The translations under genes and the position numbers were made by a program. The notes under the pieces are model-generated. The model had not been told where the DNA came from and did not search any database. It saw nothing but the letters and a program-made list of their open reading frames with translations. Of a stretch of DNA of 64,000 nt, positions 52,301 through 61,123 are shown piece after piece (the stretch's first letter is position 1; every line of letters starts with the position of its first letter). Source of the stretch: Sedimentisphaerales bacterium (GTDB lineage: Bacteria; Planctomycetota; Phycisphaerae; Sedimentisphaerales; Anaerobacaceae); NCBI GenBank assembly GCA_963708075.1, contig OY970194.1, positions 1,792,001 to 1,856,000 on the forward strand, read 5' to 3'.

Positions 52301-52526
52301 TCTTGTCAAAGCCGGTCATCTTCTGCTCGATGATCTGCGTGACGCTGTTTTCCACCGTCTCGGCCGAGGCCCCTGGATAGAAAGCGGTGATGGCGATGGA
52401 CGGCGGAGCGATAGGAGGATACTGCGATATGGGCAGCGTGAGGATTGCCAAGCCACCTGCAACCATCAGAATAATGGCGATGACCCAGGCGAAGACCGGA
52501 CGCTCCAGAAAGAATCTCGATAACAT
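49353..52526 (-). CDS. acrB: RND efflux permease (AcrB/MexB family)
   Basis: RPVFAWV, GLLVDDAIVVVENVER, KNAILIV, RLRPIVMTS. Confidence 0.95.
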   Translation of the reverse strand: MLSRFFLERPVFAWVIAIILMVAGGLAILTLPISQYPPIAPPSIAITAFYPGASAETVENSVTQIIEQKMTGFDKMLYLSANSDSSGSARVELTFAPGTDPDLAWAQVQNKLQLAMASLPEVVQRSGIRVSKSTRNYLLMVGLISEDASLNGDDLRDYAQSNIEKVLSRVPGVGEVEVFGSQYAMRIWLNPDKLTEYQMTVADVILAMRAYNVEVSAGQFGGMPAAPGQRLNAAIIVQSLLKTPEEFASIPLRSNPNGSIVRVKDVGRAELGTEFYDMQAYYNGKPSAILAVRQAAGANALDTADAIRAKMNEMSEFFPAGMRIVYPYDTTPFVEVAIEEVVKTLLEAILLVFLVMYLFLGNMRATLIPTIAVPVVILGTFAVLGILGFSINMLTMFAMVLAIGLLVDDAIVVVENVERIMSEEGISPKEATRKSMDQITSALIGIGLVLSAVFGPMAFFKGSTGVIYRQFSVTIIASMLLSVLVALILTPVLCASLLKPVPKGHEPAEGGFWLLRPFFRWFDRLFFWSRDQYLKLVGRSLAHRIRYVLAFVLIVGAMVYLFRQMPTAYLPDEDQGILMVQVLLPPNSTLEQTEKIMEQVKNHFLEGEKDAVASCMTVSGFNFSGRGQNAGMSFVKLKDWKLRERPDLKVGAVAARAMGAFSQIRNAMVFAFAPPAVLELGTAKGFDFQLLDRGGLGHADLMAARNQLLGMAMQDRVLAKVRPNGLEDVPQYRIDVDWEKAGALGLPITSIHNTISAAFGSAYVNDFIQGGRVKRVYVQADAPYRMLPNDLEKLYVRNNAGKMAPFSSFASGHWSSGSPKLERYNGFPSINVLGESAPGRSSGEAMQAMEGFVKNLPQGVGFDWTGLSYQERQAGAQAAPLYAFSILVIFLCLAALYESWPIPISILLALPLGAIGGVIGSTLRGLPNDVYFQIGLLTTLGLTTKNAILIVQFAKARVEQGMGLIEATLEGAKLRLRPIVMTSLAFGFGVLPLAFANGAGAGAQKAIGTAVLGGVITSTFLVTLFAPLFYVLIQKTLGKRNRQQAAEIAEPNPSGNP

Positions 52527-52538
52527 GGTGAGCCTCCG

Positions 52539-53747
52539 TTACTTCGATGTGGGGGCCGGCTGGGCCGCTTTGCCTGGTTCCGTCCCCTGCTTTGTGCCGC
52601 TCTCAAAGGGGACTTCTTTGACGGCAGCACCAGGACGCACTTTCTGCATACCCTCTACGACCACCCGGTCGCCGGGCATCAGACCCGTCGAGACGAGCCA
52701 CTGGTCGCCGATGGCTCGGTCAAGGCTGAGCATCCGTTGTTCAACCTTGCCCTCGCCACCTACGACCAGGGCCATCGGATTGCCTCTCGGATCGCGCGAC
52801 ACCGCTTGTTGGGGAATCAGGATGGCCTGTTCATTGACGCCTTCCTTCGCGACCCCACGGACGAACATGCCCGGCAGGAGGATGCCGTCCGGATTCGGGA
52901 ACACCGCCCGGAGAATCACGGAACCCGTCATCGGATCCACAGAAATATCCCGGAACTGGAGCGTACCGTCCAAAGGATAAAGAGTACCGTCTTCCAGTTT
53001 GAGCTGCACCTTGTTCTGGTCGGTCCCGTCGCGGTTGAGGCTTTTCTCCTTCAGGCGCTGCTGTAAACGCAGCAACTCGGCCGTGGATTGAGGTACATCG
53101 ACGTAGATGGGGTCCAATTGCTGAATCGTGGCCAAAGGCACGGGCTGATAGGCTGTCACGATGGCACCGTCCGTCACGGTGGATCTGCCAATGCGCCCGG
53201 AGATCGGCGAAACGACCCGTGCATAGGCAAGGTTGATGCTTGCCGTCTCTACCGTGGCGCGCCAGAACAGGACATCGGCCTCCGCCTGTTTCAGGGCGGC
53301 ATTCGCATCGTCGAGGGCCTGCTGACTGACCGCTCTGTCGACCACGGCCTCCTTGAAGCGGTCGGCCTTCAACTGAATGGCGGGCAGAGTGGCCTCGGCC
53401 CGACCCAGGGCGGCCTTGGCATTGTTGAGTACCGCCTGGAAGGGGGCGGGATCGATCTGGTAGAGTTCCTGGCCGGCCTGAACATCGGAACCTTCCGTGA
53501 ACAGACGTTTCTGTATGAGGCCGTTGACCTGAGGCCGGATCTCCGCAACGCGATACGCAGATGTGCGCCCCGGCAATTCCGTGGTCAGCACGACCTGTCG
53601 CGGCTGAACTGTCATGACAGCAACTTCGGGGACAGGGGGCGGGGGCGCAGCTTGCTGCCGGCGGTCGCAGCTACTCGGCAAGAGACCGCCAACCAGGAAC
53701 GTCGAAACGAGCATCGCTCTAACCACCAACCTTGCACGGAATTCCAT
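52539..53747 (-). CDS. acrA: RND membrane fusion protein (AcrA/MexA family)
   Basis: ELPGRT, EIRPQVNG, LYQIDP, SPISGRIG, LLPGMFV. Confidence 0.93.
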   Translation of the reverse strand: MEFRARLVVRAMLVSTFLVGGLLPSSCDRRQQAAPPPPVPEVAVMTVQPRQVVLTTELPGRTSAYRVAEIRPQVNGLIQKRLFTEGSDVQAGQELYQIDPAPFQAVLNNAKAALGRAEATLPAIQLKADRFKEAVVDRAVSQQALDDANAALKQAEADVLFWRATVETASINLAYARVVSPISGRIGRSTVTDGAIVTAYQPVPLATIQQLDPIYVDVPQSTAELLRLQQRLKEKSLNRDGTDQNKVQLKLEDGTLYPLDGTLQFRDISVDPMTGSVILRAVFPNPDGILLPGMFVRGVAKEGVNEQAILIPQQAVSRDPRGNPMALVVGGEGKVEQRMLSLDRAIGDQWLVSTGLMPGDRVVVEGMQKVRPGAAVKEVPFESGTKQGTEPGKAAQPAPTSK

Positions 53748-53862
53748 CAGGAACCTCCAAGAATCTCCACGAAGTCAACTGCCTTCAACAACTGAGGGGC
53801 TAATCATAGTCTCAGTCAAAAGCAGAATCACCAGAAATGCTATCGGGGGCATCGACAGGGTG

Positions 53863-54495
53863 TTATACGTCACGGCTGTCTCCCGACGATTTCGAAATCC
53901 CCCTGAAGAACACGGCCTCGACCTTATTGAGGTCCTCCCGTAAATCTATCCCCTGTGGATCGGCGAGGATCATCGATTCCAGCGTGGCCTGCAAGCATTT
54001 CGCCGCGATGAGCGGATCGATGTTGTTGAACAACCCCTTGCGAACACCCGCCGCAATCACGTCCGAGAGCCGGGAGATCACCTGCTCGTCGATCTCCTTC
54101 TTCTTGGCCTCGACTTTCGGTCCGGGCAGATACCGTCCGCGGCTCTCCAGCAGGTACAATTGGATAGCCACCGCCTGCTCCACGGCGATCCGCTCGTGAA
54201 CCCGGATGAATCGAGCCAGCTTCTCTCCCTCGTCGCCGGGACCGTCCAGCGCGTCCAGAACCAAAGCGATGCTCTCCTCAGCACAGGACACCAGCACCTC
54301 GAAGAACAGGTCCTCCTTGCTCGGAAAGAAGTTGTACAGGGTCCCCGTGGCGAACTCCGCCGCTTTCGCGATTTCCTGCATGGAGACGTTGTAGAATCCC
54401 CGCTCCGCGAACAGGCGCAGCGCCGCCGAGAGAATCTCCTCACGGTGCCGCAAGCGCTCACGCTCTTTTCGCGGTGGTTTTGCCGCAGGCATCAT
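53863..54495 (-). CDS. TetR/AcrR family regulator
   Basis: ILSAALRLFAERGF...IAKAAEFATGTLYNFFPSKEDLF HTH; upstream of the efflux operon. Confidence 0.93.
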   Translation of the reverse strand: MMPAAKPPRKERERLRHREEILSAALRLFAERGFYNVSMQEIAKAAEFATGTLYNFFPSKEDLFFEVLVSCAEESIALVLDALDGPGDEGEKLARFIRVHERIAVEQAVAIQLYLLESRGRYLPGPKVEAKKKEIDEQVISRLSDVIAAGVRKGLFNNIDPLIAAKCLQATLESMILADPQGIDLREDLNKVEAVFFRGISKSSGDSRDV

Positions 54496-54562
54496 ACATA
54501 GGTCTCCACATCGCAACACACAGTAGCCGAACCTGTGTTCTTTCCTTTGACGATGGGTTCGG

Positions 54563-54591
54563 ATTATGAATAGCAGTTCATCCGATTGCAA
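54563..54591 (-). promoter_or_regulatory. tetR promoter with overlapping palindromic operator candidate
   Basis: TTGCAA-N17-CATAAT; palindrome ATGAA-N6-TTCAT at 54566..54581. Confidence 0.55.
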
Positions 54592-54764
54592 GACCTTTCT
54601 GCTCACATCCCACAAATTCTCCGCATGCCTGGTGCTACGGTTTGGCTACTTCGACGAAAAGTCTGTGTCACACAAGGCGACAGTTGCCTTGCCTCAAATT
54701 GCCGGGTAAGATTGGGGTGAACCGAAGGTACACATCGGCTGACCTGCTAGTTTTTGGGCATTAT

Positions 54765-55886
54765 ATGGTGCGTTCTTCGCTGACCGTCTGGGCACTACTG
54801 CTGCTTCTGCTCGGCATGAGCGGTTGCCAGAGTACGAGCACCCTGGTGGGAGCGGTGGCGTGCCAAGGGCTCAGCCGGCCTGCGAAATCCGGCTCGCCGG
54901 AAGAATGGACCTTCCGGGGCCTCGATGCCAGGATCGCGCCGCGAATCCGGCCGGGGTCCTATCCCACCGCGAGCCATGCCGTGCGATTCATAGGGCTCGA
55001 AGACTTGGGATCGCACCGGTACTGGCTCGATGGGGCAGAGGGCAACGGCATCCTATACACCTGTCATGCCGGGCACATTGACATTGCCCATGTGCGCAAA
55101 GCGGCCGATTGGACTGGCTTTCTCGCGGCCCTGACATTCGAGCACCTTCGCCGGCAGCAGACAACGTTCCTATTCAAGTCGAGAGAGCCTTCACGCTACT
55201 TCGTGGAACTGACGTACCCGCGAGACTGGGATTCTCGGCCCATCGCCGAGAAGGAGCGTGTGGCACGCGACGTCTCACGGCAACTCGGACAGTATCTCGC
55301 CTTCACGGCGATGACCTGGCATGAGATGCTCACCTGGTTTGACTTCAGGCCCAAGGCATACGAGTCGGACTTCCAGTCGGCCTTCTCCTGGGAGGACAGC
55401 TACTCGAACCTGCTCGGAACGTGTGTCGGGGTGGCGGCCCTGCAGGACCAGGAGCGCACGTTCAGTGACGCCGTGACGCTGGTTCTGCGAGAGCAGCTTG
55501 AATTGCTCGGCCCGCAGCCGGCGGCCGTATCCAGACAGGCCTCCGAGTCAGTTCGGGGCGATTGGTACTCTACGCGGTGGTTTAGCCAGGTGATCCGCAA
55601 AAGGAACTTCGACATCGGTCTGGATGATGGCCAGGTCACGCCCTGCCTCTTGCGTTCCGTGTCTGCCTGTGAAGACGCTGAGACTCGCCCCTTGACGGTT
55701 CCCACGCTCGATGGGCTGACGCAATATGGCTTCTCGGCACGCGTGACGATCGAGCCGCGAGTGTGGGAAGCGGGCAAGATTTTCAAGACCCTGTACGGCG
55801 ACCGCAGGCCCGCGACAAGAAGGCTGGACCCGAGCGTCCACTTCGCCCTGCTCATCGATCGCATGAAACAAGCCAGTTCCTACTGA
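54765..55886 (+). CDS. DUF4056-like lipoprotein
   Basis: lipobox GMSGC; GILYTCHAGHIDIAHVR, WHE, SAFSWEDSYSNLLG. Confidence 0.75.
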   Translation: MVRSSLTVWALLLLLLGMSGCQSTSTLVGAVACQGLSRPAKSGSPEEWTFRGLDARIAPRIRPGSYPTASHAVRFIGLEDLGSHRYWLDGAEGNGILYTCHAGHIDIAHVRKAADWTGFLAALTFEHLRRQQTTFLFKSREPSRYFVELTYPRDWDSRPIAEKERVARDVSRQLGQYLAFTAMTWHEMLTWFDFRPKAYESDFQSAFSWEDSYSNLLGTCVGVAALQDQERTFSDAVTLVLREQLELLGPQPAAVSRQASESVRGDWYSTRWFSQVIRKRNFDIGLDDGQVTPCLLRSVSACEDAETRPLTVPTLDGLTQYGFSARVTIEPRVWEAGKIFKTLYGDRRPATRRLDPSVHFALLIDRMKQASSY

Positions 55887-57070
55887 CTCAGCCACTTCTC
55901 CATCCGGTCGAGACCTTTGGTAATCTGCTCCATGGAGCAGGCAAAGCTCAGACGGACATTCGCATCACAGCCGAAAGGCAAACCAGGCACGACGCCGACA
56001 TTGGCCTGTTCCAGCAAAGCCTTGGCAAAGCTATCGCTGCCGGTGATCTTGAGCCCGCCTATGGTCCGGCCGTAGTGAGCCGACACGTCAGGGAAGCAGT
56101 AGAACGCACCCGTCGGCTCGGTGCATTCGACGTCCTTCATGGCCCGCAGGCGGTCGGTCATGTACCGGGCACGCTTTTCAAACTCGACCCGCATCTTCTC
56201 GATAGTACCCGCCGACTGGGGCCCCATCGCCGCGATAGCAGCGTACTGGGCGAACGTCACCGGATTCGACGTCATATGGTCCTGCAGCCGACTCATCGCC
56301 TTGATGACCTCCACAGGTCCTGCCGTGTAGCCGAGACGCCAGCCTGTCATCGAGTACGTCTTGCTCAAGCCATTCAGTGTCAGCGTTCGCTTATACGCAT
56401 CCTCGCTCAACGCCGCGAAGCTGATGAACTTCGTGTCGCCATAGATGAGCTTCTCGTAGATCTCATCCGACATTACGCAGACATTCGTGCCTTCGAGGGC
56501 CTTGGCCAGTGCCCGCAGCTCATCGGGAGTATAGCTGAAGCCGCCGGGATTGTTCGGCGAGTTCAGCACGAGCATGGCCGTCTTGCCCGTGATCGCCTTC
56601 TTCAACTGCTCGGGCGTGATCTTGTAGCTGTTCTTCTTGTTCGTCTCCATGATCTTGACGGTGGCGCCGGCCAGTTTGGCCGCCTCGGGATACGTCACCC
56701 AGAAAGGCGCAGGCAGGAGCACCTCATCGCCCGGGTCGAGCACGGCTTGCATCGCCTCGTACACGGAGTGCTTGCCGCCGATGTTGACGACGATCTGCTC
56801 GGGGGCATACTTCAGGCCGTTCTCCGTCTCAAGCTTCTTCGCGATGGCCGCCTTCAACTCCGGGATGCCGGACGCAGGCGTGTACTTCGTCTTGCCCTCT
56901 TTCAGGGCCTTGATCGCAGCTTCCTTGATGTAGTCCGGCGTATCGAAATCCGGCTCGCCGGCCCCGAAACCCACGACATCCTTGCCCTGGGCCTTGAGTT
57001 CTTTGGCCCTGTTGGTTACGGCCAATGTCGCCGACGGTGGAACACTCTGTGCCCTGTGACTGACCTTCAT
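55880..57070 (-). CDS. class I PLP-dependent (aspartate) aminotransferase
   Basis: GAGEPDF, LNSPNNPGG, SDEIY, SKTYSMTGWRLG, GAFY. Confidence 0.95.
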   Translation of the reverse strand: MKVSHRAQSVPPSATLAVTNRAKELKAQGKDVVGFGAGEPDFDTPDYIKEAAIKALKEGKTKYTPASGIPELKAAIAKKLETENGLKYAPEQIVVNIGGKHSVYEAMQAVLDPGDEVLLPAPFWVTYPEAAKLAGATVKIMETNKKNSYKITPEQLKKAITGKTAMLVLNSPNNPGGFSYTPDELRALAKALEGTNVCVMSDEIYEKLIYGDTKFISFAALSEDAYKRTLTLNGLSKTYSMTGWRLGYTAGPVEVIKAMSRLQDHMTSNPVTFAQYAAIAAMGPQSAGTIEKMRVEFEKRARYMTDRLRAMKDVECTEPTGAFYCFPDVSAHYGRTIGGLKITGSDSFAKALLEQANVGVVPGLPFGCDANVRLSFACSMEQITKGLDRMEKWLSQ

Positions 57071-57311
57071 TGTGCGCAGCCCTTTCCAATGCATAGCCCG
57101 TAGTCTGGAGTCTTCGGTCTGCCGTTGGCGGCCCGTGGGCGAGTTCCCGCAGGCTCCGGCCTTTTACCGTCAGACCAAATCTGCGGCATATGTATGCGAA
57201 ACGGCTGCCCTCGTCAAGGGAAATCAACACATCAGGAAGAAGTGCGGAGTATAGAGTTCCCGGATTGAGTTCCGGGTCGCAGCAACCTCGGGGGAATCCT
57301 CGGCATTAAGA

Positions 57312-60245
57312 CTACTGCCAGAGAACTACGACATAAACGCGATCCACGAACGTCGCTTTCTGGCCGTTGTTCTTGACCTGCACCTGAATGCTATTGATAC
57401 GTTCCGGCGTGCTGGCCAGACCATTCAGATCCCATGCGACAGTCCCTTTGTTGCGCTGCCCGTCGTACACGGAAGGAGTGAGGGACACCCAGGAAGACGG
57501 ACTGGCCGGCCAGCCTGTGCCCACCTTCCATTCCAGCTTGCCGGACCCGAATTGCGATTCCTCGAAGTGCCTGACGTACAGGACGACCGATGAGATCTTG
57601 GCGCCCTCCGGAATGGACACTTTCGAGAAATCGAACACCGTGAAAGCCCCTCCCGGGATCTGGCACGCCTCGTCGTCCGCAGCCTGGATCCGTTGCAGGT
57701 CGCCGGCGGAGAGCTTCTTCTGGCTGCTCTGATCGTAGCCGCCCGATACAGTCAGGATCGTCTTCTCAGGCGTACGGGGCCCCACTGTGACATCGAAGGA
57801 CTGCCTGCCTGAGGCCGGTGTCGCGCTGTTATCCACGACTTCCACCACGACGTTGTGGGTTCCCATCTGGGCCTCGGTCGGAACCCACTGGATCGACCCG
57901 CTGGCGGGATCCAGAGACATCCCCTGCGGCTTTTCGATCAAGGCGTAGGTCAGTGCATCTCCCTCATCGGGATCCGTCGCATCGACATCGTAGGTGTACT
58001 GCCGGCCCGCTACCGCGGAAGTCACCGGCTCAGAGCCGATCAGAGGCGCATCATTGGCCCGGCCGACCTGAACGGTCAGCGTGGCGCTGACGGTTCCGCC
58101 TTTGCCGTCACGGACTTCATAGGTGAACGCATCGGTGCCGTTGAAATTCGCTTTGGGGACGTATCGCAGGTTGGGCGCGGCCCCTTCCAGAGTCCCATTT
58201 GCCGGACCCTTCGTGACAACGTACGTGAGCTTATCCTTGTCCGCATCGGTCGCCGCCAGCGTGATGGCCACCGGCGCATCTTCCTGCGTCGTCATGGTCC
58301 CTTCCCCGGCCACCGGCGGTCTGTTCAGGTGAACGACCTCCATCGCCACGGCGGCGGGGCTGGAGTCTATCGTGCCGTCATTCACTTTGAACGTGAGACT
58401 GTCCGGACCGACGAAACCACTTTGAGGCGTGTAGACGAGTTTCCCATCGCTGGCAAACTGAGGGCCGGGCGCGAGCGTGCCGTGCTTCGGCTGATTGACG
58501 ATGCTGAACCTCAGCCGGTCGTCGTCAGCATCGCTGGCTTTCAACGTGATGGCCATCGACTTGCTGTCTTCCACCTGAACGGACTGGACGGTGGCGACAG
58601 GGACGTCGTTCTTGGCGGTGACCGTAATGGAAACCGTGGCCGGCTCGCTATCCACCCTGCCGTCATTGGCAATGAAGGTGAAGCTGTCGGGGCCACTGTA
58701 ATTCGCTGCGGGACGATAGACCACCTCGGGCAGGGTCCCGCTCAATTGGCCATGCGACGGATCCTGCACGACGTGGTAAGTCAGATGGTCGCGGTTCCGA
58801 TCTCTTGCCGCCAGGGTGGCCGTCAGCGGCGTGTCTTCCTGCGTGACCAGTCTGGCCGGGGTGGCGATCGGCGCTCCGTTTATCAAACCCAGGCCGGCGA
58901 TCACGCCCACCGTTACCAGGACGAGAACAACCGCCACCGTCAAACCGAGAAGGATTCGTCTGCCCTTTCCCTGCCAGCGACCCACGGGTTCAGAAGATGG
59001 CACAAGGAATCCGGCACCGCGTGCTGCCATTGTGGCCACGCGCGGCTCAGGAGCCTTCGGTCCCTCCTGATCAGATCGCGGCTGTCCGACGGGGGTAGAC
59101 GGCAAGGGAGATGCCGCATGTGAAGGAGCATTCGCCCATTGAGGCTCAACCGTCTTGCCTGTCGTTTGCTCAGCCGGTCGCTTAGCCCCGGCAAGAGATC
59201 GCTTGCGGGGTTTGGCCGGCACGCGGGCCTTTGGCAGCTTGTGACTGCGAGGTTTCGACGCCGCGGACCTTGATCGCTGCGCCGAGGCATCGCCAAGGGC
59301 CCTGCGCCTTGCGGCGGCAGGTCTCTCAGGAGCAGGAGCCTGTGAGTCTTCAAAAACATCAGGATGTACGACGTCAGGTGCAGCGGCAGCGGACAACTGG
59401 ACAGACTCCGCCTGTCCCAAGCCCAGGGCATTCCGGGCCATCGCAGCCACTTCCAGGAGCGCCTCCTCCTCCATCGGCTCTCCCTCCTGGCCGATCAATT
59501 CTTCGGCCAGTTTCCGGTACTCGGCGGCGGCGACGCAGGAAGGCGCATACGTGAGAGCCGCCTGGCCTGCCGCCAGCGACTCCGCCAAGACAACCGTACG
59601 GTGAATGACTGTCTTGAGAACCAGGTCCCCGAACAGCTCATGCATCTGCCGCCGGGTCCGCTTGCTCAACGCGCCCTTGTCCTCTACATAGGTCATCACA
59701 AGCCGAAGATTTCCCGCGCAGTAGCGATGGAACCGCTGCCGGATGATCAGGACGGTCTCGAGCAGCCGCTGCGCGCACGTCAGTGCGTAGGAATCCGCCT
59801 GGATCGGAACGATCACATCCGTGCTGGCGACCAGCGCGTTGAGCGTCAGCACGCCCAGAGAAGGCGGACAATCGATTACACATACCTCGTAATTGTCGCG
59901 TACCGTCCTGAACGCCCGCGCTATACGCAGTTCCCTGCCGGGCTTGCCGAGCAAATTCATCTCTGCCGCCGCAAGCGAGACATTGCTTGGCACCAGGTCA
60001 AGCTGCTCTATATGCGTTTGCACAACGACGGCGGACAGGGGGATCTCGGTGCTCATCAGCGGATGATATACGGTTGCAGCGGCAGCGTCCGGCTCGCCAT
60101 AGAGAGCCTGAGTCGCGCACGCCTGCGGATCAAGATCGACAAGCAGTGCCTTGTAGCCCATTTGAACCAGGGCCGCCGCGAGGTTGACGGCAGTCGTCGT
60201 CTTGCCACAGCCGCCCTTTTGGTTCGCTATTGCTATTGTTCTCAT
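57312..60245 (-). CDS. ParA/Soj-family ATPase fused to TM helix and tandem Ig/cadherin-like repeats
   Basis: ANQKGGCGKTTT, DLDPQ, IDCPPSLG; disordered linker; TM ILLGLTVAVVLVLVTVGVIAGLGLI; four xxP(V/I)A...D.D.D.LTY repeats. Confidence 0.88.
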   Translation of the reverse strand: MRTIAIANQKGGCGKTTTAVNLAAALVQMGYKALLVDLDPQACATQALYGEPDAAAATVYHPLMSTEIPLSAVVVQTHIEQLDLVPSNVSLAAAEMNLLGKPGRELRIARAFRTVRDNYEVCVIDCPPSLGVLTLNALVASTDVIVPIQADSYALTCAQRLLETVLIIRQRFHRYCAGNLRLVMTYVEDKGALSKRTRRQMHELFGDLVLKTVIHRTVVLAESLAAGQAALTYAPSCVAAAEYRKLAEELIGQEGEPMEEEALLEVAAMARNALGLGQAESVQLSAAAAPDVVHPDVFEDSQAPAPERPAAARRRALGDASAQRSRSAASKPRSHKLPKARVPAKPRKRSLAGAKRPAEQTTGKTVEPQWANAPSHAASPLPSTPVGQPRSDQEGPKAPEPRVATMAARGAGFLVPSSEPVGRWQGKGRRILLGLTVAVVLVLVTVGVIAGLGLINGAPIATPARLVTQEDTPLTATLAARDRNRDHLTYHVVQDPSHGQLSGTLPEVVYRPAANYSGPDSFTFIANDGRVDSEPATVSITVTAKNDVPVATVQSVQVEDSKSMAITLKASDADDDRLRFSIVNQPKHGTLAPGPQFASDGKLVYTPQSGFVGPDSLTFKVNDGTIDSSPAAVAMEVVHLNRPPVAGEGTMTTQEDAPVAITLAATDADKDKLTYVVTKGPANGTLEGAAPNLRYVPKANFNGTDAFTYEVRDGKGGTVSATLTVQVGRANDAPLIGSEPVTSAVAGRQYTYDVDATDPDEGDALTYALIEKPQGMSLDPASGSIQWVPTEAQMGTHNVVVEVVDNSATPASGRQSFDVTVGPRTPEKTILTVSGGYDQSSQKKLSAGDLQRIQAADDEACQIPGGAFTVFDFSKVSIPEGAKISSVVLYVRHFEESQFGSGKLEWKVGTGWPASPSSWVSLTPSVYDGQRNKGTVAWDLNGLASTPERINSIQVQVKNNGQKATFVDRVYVVVLWQ

Positions 60246-60666
60246 TTTTTGACCGAACCAGCACCAGCAACCGACACCTGCACAGGGCGCCGATCTCTGC
60301 TTTCGGACGTTTTCAGGCCTGCCTTAACTACTTTCCGTGACATCTGCGAGAACCGGCAGGAAACCACCTGAACGCAATAATAGTACGTCCGCTTTGTCCC
60401 ATCATTGTCGATCTATCACATCGCCAGGCTTGGGGCGGGCTCTTCTGAGAGCCCATGCCGGTCAGGATGCCGGGAGTGTCTCCTCACGGATGTCCTGATC
60501 CTGGGGCTCCCTGCCCGCCGCGCATGAACCCAGCGCAAGTACCGTTTGGCAGTCCCTCCATACCTCAGGGAACCCGGCCTCCATCCGTGCCGCTTGAAGT
60601 CGTGCACACAAGATGATCGAATTCATCACCCTTGGCAGTCAATCCATGTCCACGCTTGCGAGAGTC

Positions 60667-60834
60667 TCAGCCGACCAGAGGGTTCGACCAATTGCTCACA
60701 TTCGTCTCACGGATTCTCTCTGCTACGTCACGGAGCGCCCGGATGAGCGACGGCTCAACCCTGAGCCCCTCAGCCAATGCCAATTCCTGCTCCGTGTACG
60801 GCGTATGGTTCGTTCGGGGCACCATATCCTCCAT
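60667..60834 (-). CDS. possible small protein (55 aa)
   Basis: GAAAGG upstream of ATG 60834; lies downstream of the minus-strand promoter at 60919..60947. Confidence 0.35.
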   Translation of the reverse strand: MEDMVPRTNHTPYTEQELALAEGLRVEPSLIRALRDVAERIRETNVSNWSNPLVG

Positions 60835-60918
60835 GACATGCGCCTTTCGCATTATGGTCAGGCACGGGCGGCACCTCCTGTACCGAACGTGCTCAACCTT
60901 ATACTCAATATATGCCTT

Positions 60919-60947
60919 ACCATAGCAGATTTCCCCCCTGCTGTCAA
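60919..60947 (-). promoter_or_regulatory. sigma70 promoter facing the small ORF and ParA fusion
   Basis: TTGACA-N17-TATGGT with extended TG. Confidence 0.55.
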
Positions 60948-61123
60948 GAGCATTTCGGGACATTTCCAGGTCTTTCACCGCTCCAGAGGCCAATTTCCGG
61001 CTTGACAGGCAGGCTTGCCGGCGTTTTTACTTCATTCCCGTTTGTCACGGGTGCCGCAGGCAGGGTGTGGATCGTGTGGGATCCGCCACTCCCGGCACCC
61101 GATGAGTGGGGGGCATCTGCACG

